17,543 nt of DNA from Promethearchaeota archaeon (lineage in GTDB: Archaea > Asgardarchaeota > Lokiarchaeia > Sigyniarchaeales > SOKP01), in assembly GCA_016930515.1 (NCBI GenBank), contig JAFGGO010000147.1:1-17543 (forward strand), written 5' to 3'. The first letter of the stretch is position 1. Each line of letters opens with the position of its first letter. Under the pieces are notes generated by a model. The model ran no database searches, was not told the origin of the DNA, and saw only the letters and a list, made by a program, of their open reading frames with translations. Shown one piece after another: positions 14,728 to 17,543 of the stretch. Position numbers and translations under genes: made by a program.

Positions 14728-15291
14728 TTATTCAGGACTCGGAGATTGGTTCTTTTTTCTCTTACTTTTCTTTTTCCATATTACTATACCAATCACCGTT
14801 GAAACTACAGCGATCACGACAATAACTACTACAATGATCAATATGGTAAATGGTTTACTACTGCTTACATCTATCGTTGCTGTGACCGTACTACTATCAA
14901 CATTTTCGAAGTAAATATGCCATGTTCCGGTGTTAGGAGGATACCAAATACCATAATCTGCGTAATAATCTCCATTCGATAGTTCAGCCACATAAGAGAT
15001 CGGATCTCCATCGAGATAGTTAGAATATGCAGCAGGACTGACCGCTAATACTCGGAGGCCCACATTTTGATTATTTGTATTAAACGACCAATCTACTTGC
15101 TCGGCATCTGAAATTGTCTTAACATATACCTCTCCTGGAGCTAAAGAAATACTCGCCGCCATGTTCAATCGATAACTATATTTATCTGTGGGTTCAACAG
15201 AAGCTCCTAATGCAATTTGTCCTATTAGACTCGTTAATGCGATGCAACTTGCGAAGATAAATAAAAGATGCGATTTTTTTAATTTATTCAT
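14728..15291 (-). CDS. Type I membrane protein with one small beta-sandwich (GOLD/PPC-like) ectodomain
   Basis: Signal peptide MNKLKK..IALGA, ectodomain ending GIWYPPNTGTWHIYFEN, long Val/Ile TM helix, basic tail WKKKSKRKK. Confidence 0.7.
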   Translation of the reverse strand: MNKLKKSHLLFIFASCIALTSLIGQIALGASVEPTDKYSYRLNMAASISLAPGEVYVKTISDAEQVDWSFNTNNQNVGLRVLAVSPAAYSNYLDGDPISYVAELSNGDYYADYGIWYPPNTGTWHIYFENVDSSTVTATIDVSSSKPFTILIIVVVIVVIAVVSTVIGIVIWKKKSKRKKNQSPSPE

Positions 15292-15622
15292 GTTAATCTT
15301 TTTTTTTATTTATTTAAACTTGAGTGTTTTTATGGCATATTCAATATATTTTAAATGTGATTGGCATAAAAGTGGAATTTTTAAAAGAATCCCAATAATT
15401 TATACCGAAGAAATACTTAAATTCAAACAATTTTTCGAATAATATAAATCAATTAACACGATATTATGTTAAAAGTCATAGAATTTTATTAAATCCTTAA
15501 TTATTCTTAAAAATCATGCCTTAACTTCTCACTTTTTAATATATCACAATAAATTAAATTTAAATTTTTCATCGAATAACATTATATATCTACCAAAAAA
15601 CATTTTTAAATAAGTGATAAAA

Positions 15623-16588
15623 ATGGTGACAAAATCTAAAATAGCAATAATGTTATTAATTTTGATTGCCGTACCAATAAATTGCGCTCTTTTCATAACA
15701 TCTAATTTCAAAGAGCAATCTGAAGAAAGCGACTCAAATCCAGTAGTGTCGTATATAAACGATTACATTCCGAGCACTGAAATCAGCAATCCATTTTACA
15801 TGAGCACGGATATCGTTCACACGGTTTCTAGCAACTATTTTGAAGCAAGTATCTATGATGTTTTCTATCACGAGGCCTATTTATACTCATACACGCCATA
15901 TATATTTTATGTTGCGGGAGGCCCTTGCGACTGGGATTTCCACCTGAATATTTATGTCGAAGACTACCCTTACTCTGGAAATAATTATACGCTCCTAACT
16001 AACGAATATTTCAGTTCTTCTCAGAATAAATTTCTTTATCTAGTAGAACTTGATAGTAGCGGTTATGTGCATTTTGATTTTTACTACGACTATTCTTCTC
16101 TATACTACGATTATAGCTTTTACGGAATTGGATTATTTTCTCTTCCTACATCACATAGCTATTCTTATATGACAGACGAAAACGATTTCAATTTTAAAGT
16201 TTCAGGACCAAGTAGCTCCATCTTCACTGCAGGACTATATTATTTCTCAGGCGATTATTACGAAAAAGCAGCTACCTCCACATACAACGATTTGTATTAC
16301 ATCTCCTATTCCACTGGGTTAAACTATCAGGAATTGAACGATTACGATAATTGGTTTTCCAAATATGATGCTGAATATCTTTCTGGATATTACATCTTTT
16401 TCGACTTGTACGGCGAAGACATTGATTTTCGATACGAAACTACAACACCTATAACTCCCAATCCTCCTTTACCTTATTTTCCCGTCATTTCATTTGGACC
16501 GTTCTTTATGATATTTGGGCTAATTGGCTTAGTTTTAATAACTATATTGACTAAAAGAAGGATCAAAAACCACAATATTATTGAATAA
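15623..16588 (+). CDS. Tyr/Ser-rich surface protein with Pro linker and ISFG-type C-terminal anchor
   Basis: N-terminal hydrophobic signal, very Tyr-rich body, TTTPITPNPPLP-ISFG-TM-KRR. ATG 15623 follows AGTGAT (track start is GTG 15614). Confidence 0.72.
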   Translation: MVTKSKIAIMLLILIAVPINCALFITSNFKEQSEESDSNPVVSYINDYIPSTEISNPFYMSTDIVHTVSSNYFEASIYDVFYHEAYLYSYTPYIFYVAGGPCDWDFHLNIYVEDYPYSGNNYTLLTNEYFSSSQNKFLYLVELDSSGYVHFDFYYDYSSLYYDYSFYGIGLFSLPTSHSYSYMTDENDFNFKVSGPSSSIFTAGLYYFSGDYYEKAATSTYNDLYYISYSTGLNYQELNDYDNWFSKYDAEYLSGYYIFFDLYGEDIDFRYETTTPITPNPPLPYFPVISFGPFFMIFGLIGLVLITILTKRRIKNHNIIE

Positions 16589-16600
16589 CCTAATTTATCA

Positions 16601-16614
16601 TTTTTATTTTTTTT
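16601..16614 (+). terminator. Probable U-tract terminator
   Basis: TTTTTATTTTTTTT 12 nt after the stop at 16588. Confidence 0.45.
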
Positions 16615-16737
16615 GATAAATAGCTTTATTTTAACCATTATTTGATCGCAAAAATCATCCTAATTGGCTGATTCCTTGATCTTACGAGAGAACTAGCTTT
16701 CTTTGCGTTTTTACTCCCATTAAGGAGATAAATGTCC

Positions 16738-17388
16738 TTATAACATTGGAATAAAGACTTTGTGTCCTTTTTCTACTCTCTTTTTTTCTTCGGGTTGAAC
16801 TAAGCTTTTAAACACGGACCAGAACTCATCAAAATTTCTTTTTTTTAAATTTAGGTCAATGGATAAAGGGAGATCCTTGAAATTTGGGTATTCAAAACAA
16901 AACTGGATCTTAACCTTTTTTTTATTTTGAAACAAGAAAATCTCGCTTATTTCAGCAATATTCATAAATATCATATCCTCCAGGCGATTTACGGCTTTTG
17001 GGAGTTGTTTGGGCAAGCCGAATGGTGATGAATAATGCATTGCTTTAAATATCAATCGTTTGTTAGTAAGAACCCATTTACTAAGATAGTGCTTGAGGTC
17101 ATTGATATCATAACCTATTTGCCTTGCATTTAATGCTAAAATTATAGGTCCCATTACACCTGCTCCCGTGTAAAGTACAATTGAGAAACCCAATATTCCA
17201 ACGAATAAGAACTTAAAGGGGAAAATCACTTGCAAGAAAGACTCAGTCAACAAAAATCCCAAGAACACAATGAGAACTGATATTACTAAACAACCGGACA
17301 CTATTCGTCCTATTATATTAATGCATTTCACGCTTTCCCAGAGGACTATCTCGCTTTCGCTCAGATAATTTTCGATGTTTCTATCCAT
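16738..17388 (-). CDS. Two-TM membrane protein with probable prokaryotic PH-like domain
   Basis: YLSESEIVLWE N-terminus, two TM helices, then WVLTNKRLIF and IAEISEI, a pattern typical of bacterial-PH (bPH) proteins. Confidence 0.6.
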   Translation of the reverse strand: MDRNIENYLSESEIVLWESVKCINIIGRIVSGCLVISVLIVFLGFLLTESFLQVIFPFKFLFVGILGFSIVLYTGAGVMGPIILALNARQIGYDINDLKHYLSKWVLTNKRLIFKAMHYSSPFGLPKQLPKAVNRLEDMIFMNIAEISEIFLFQNKKKVKIQFCFEYPNFKDLPLSIDLNLKKRNFDEFWSVFKSLVQPEEKKRVEKGHKVFIPML

Positions 17389-17543
17389 CCTTATCTTGTC
17401 TTTGGTAAATATATTTATTTTTAGGATGTGATTGTATTTAAATGTCGTTGGTCAGAAATTGAAAAAACCATGTTTGGTAATTTTATTAAAATTTGCGAGA
17501 AAATGTATCGTTGATTCTAAAAAAATTGGAGAATAAAAACGGA

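Noticed and set aside
1074-15442. Short ORFs overlapping or antisense to main genes (e.g. 1074-1346, 2022-2219, 3593-3874, 4893-5138, 6299-6655, 7131-7394, 10492-10755, 13134-13442, 14172-14405, 15188-15442)
   Set aside because: They are shadows of well-supported genes, with no independent motifs.
1-17543. CRISPR array, IS element, prophage or defence island
   Set aside because: No regularly spaced repeats, terminal inverted repeats, transposase, integrase or nuclease motifs were seen.

Overview
AT-rich archaeal chromosomal window, most consistent with an Asgard archaeon (Lokiarchaeia). This assignment is inferred from TATA-type promoters, U-tract terminators, an ASH-Ski2/COG1202-type helicase and surface proteins with IPGF/ISFG C-terminal anchors. 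In order, the window holds: a ZIP transporter plus DtxR/MntR-like regulator under a twin palindromic operator; bacterial-type alanine dehydrogenase; a threonine-synthase-like enzyme fused to a wHTH domain; an ECF S component; a CTERM-anchored surface protein; a three-gene split DUF4140/DUF4139 operon; a membrane acyltransferase plus crotonase; a DnaJ-type zinc-finger protein resembling eukaryotic SSUH2; an unannotated 53-aa ORF; the helicase; and three membrane or surface hypotheticals, one GOLD/p24-like and one PH-like. No rRNA, complete tRNA, CRISPR or mobile element was seen. The best leads are: (1) the split DUF4139 system, with two paralogous N-halves, one C-half and a possible -1 frameshift site; (2) the SSUH2-like candidate eukaryotic signature protein; (3) two genes that appear to need ATT/ATA start codons; (4) the hidden small ORF. 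All family assignments come from motif recognition by eye, not from database searches.
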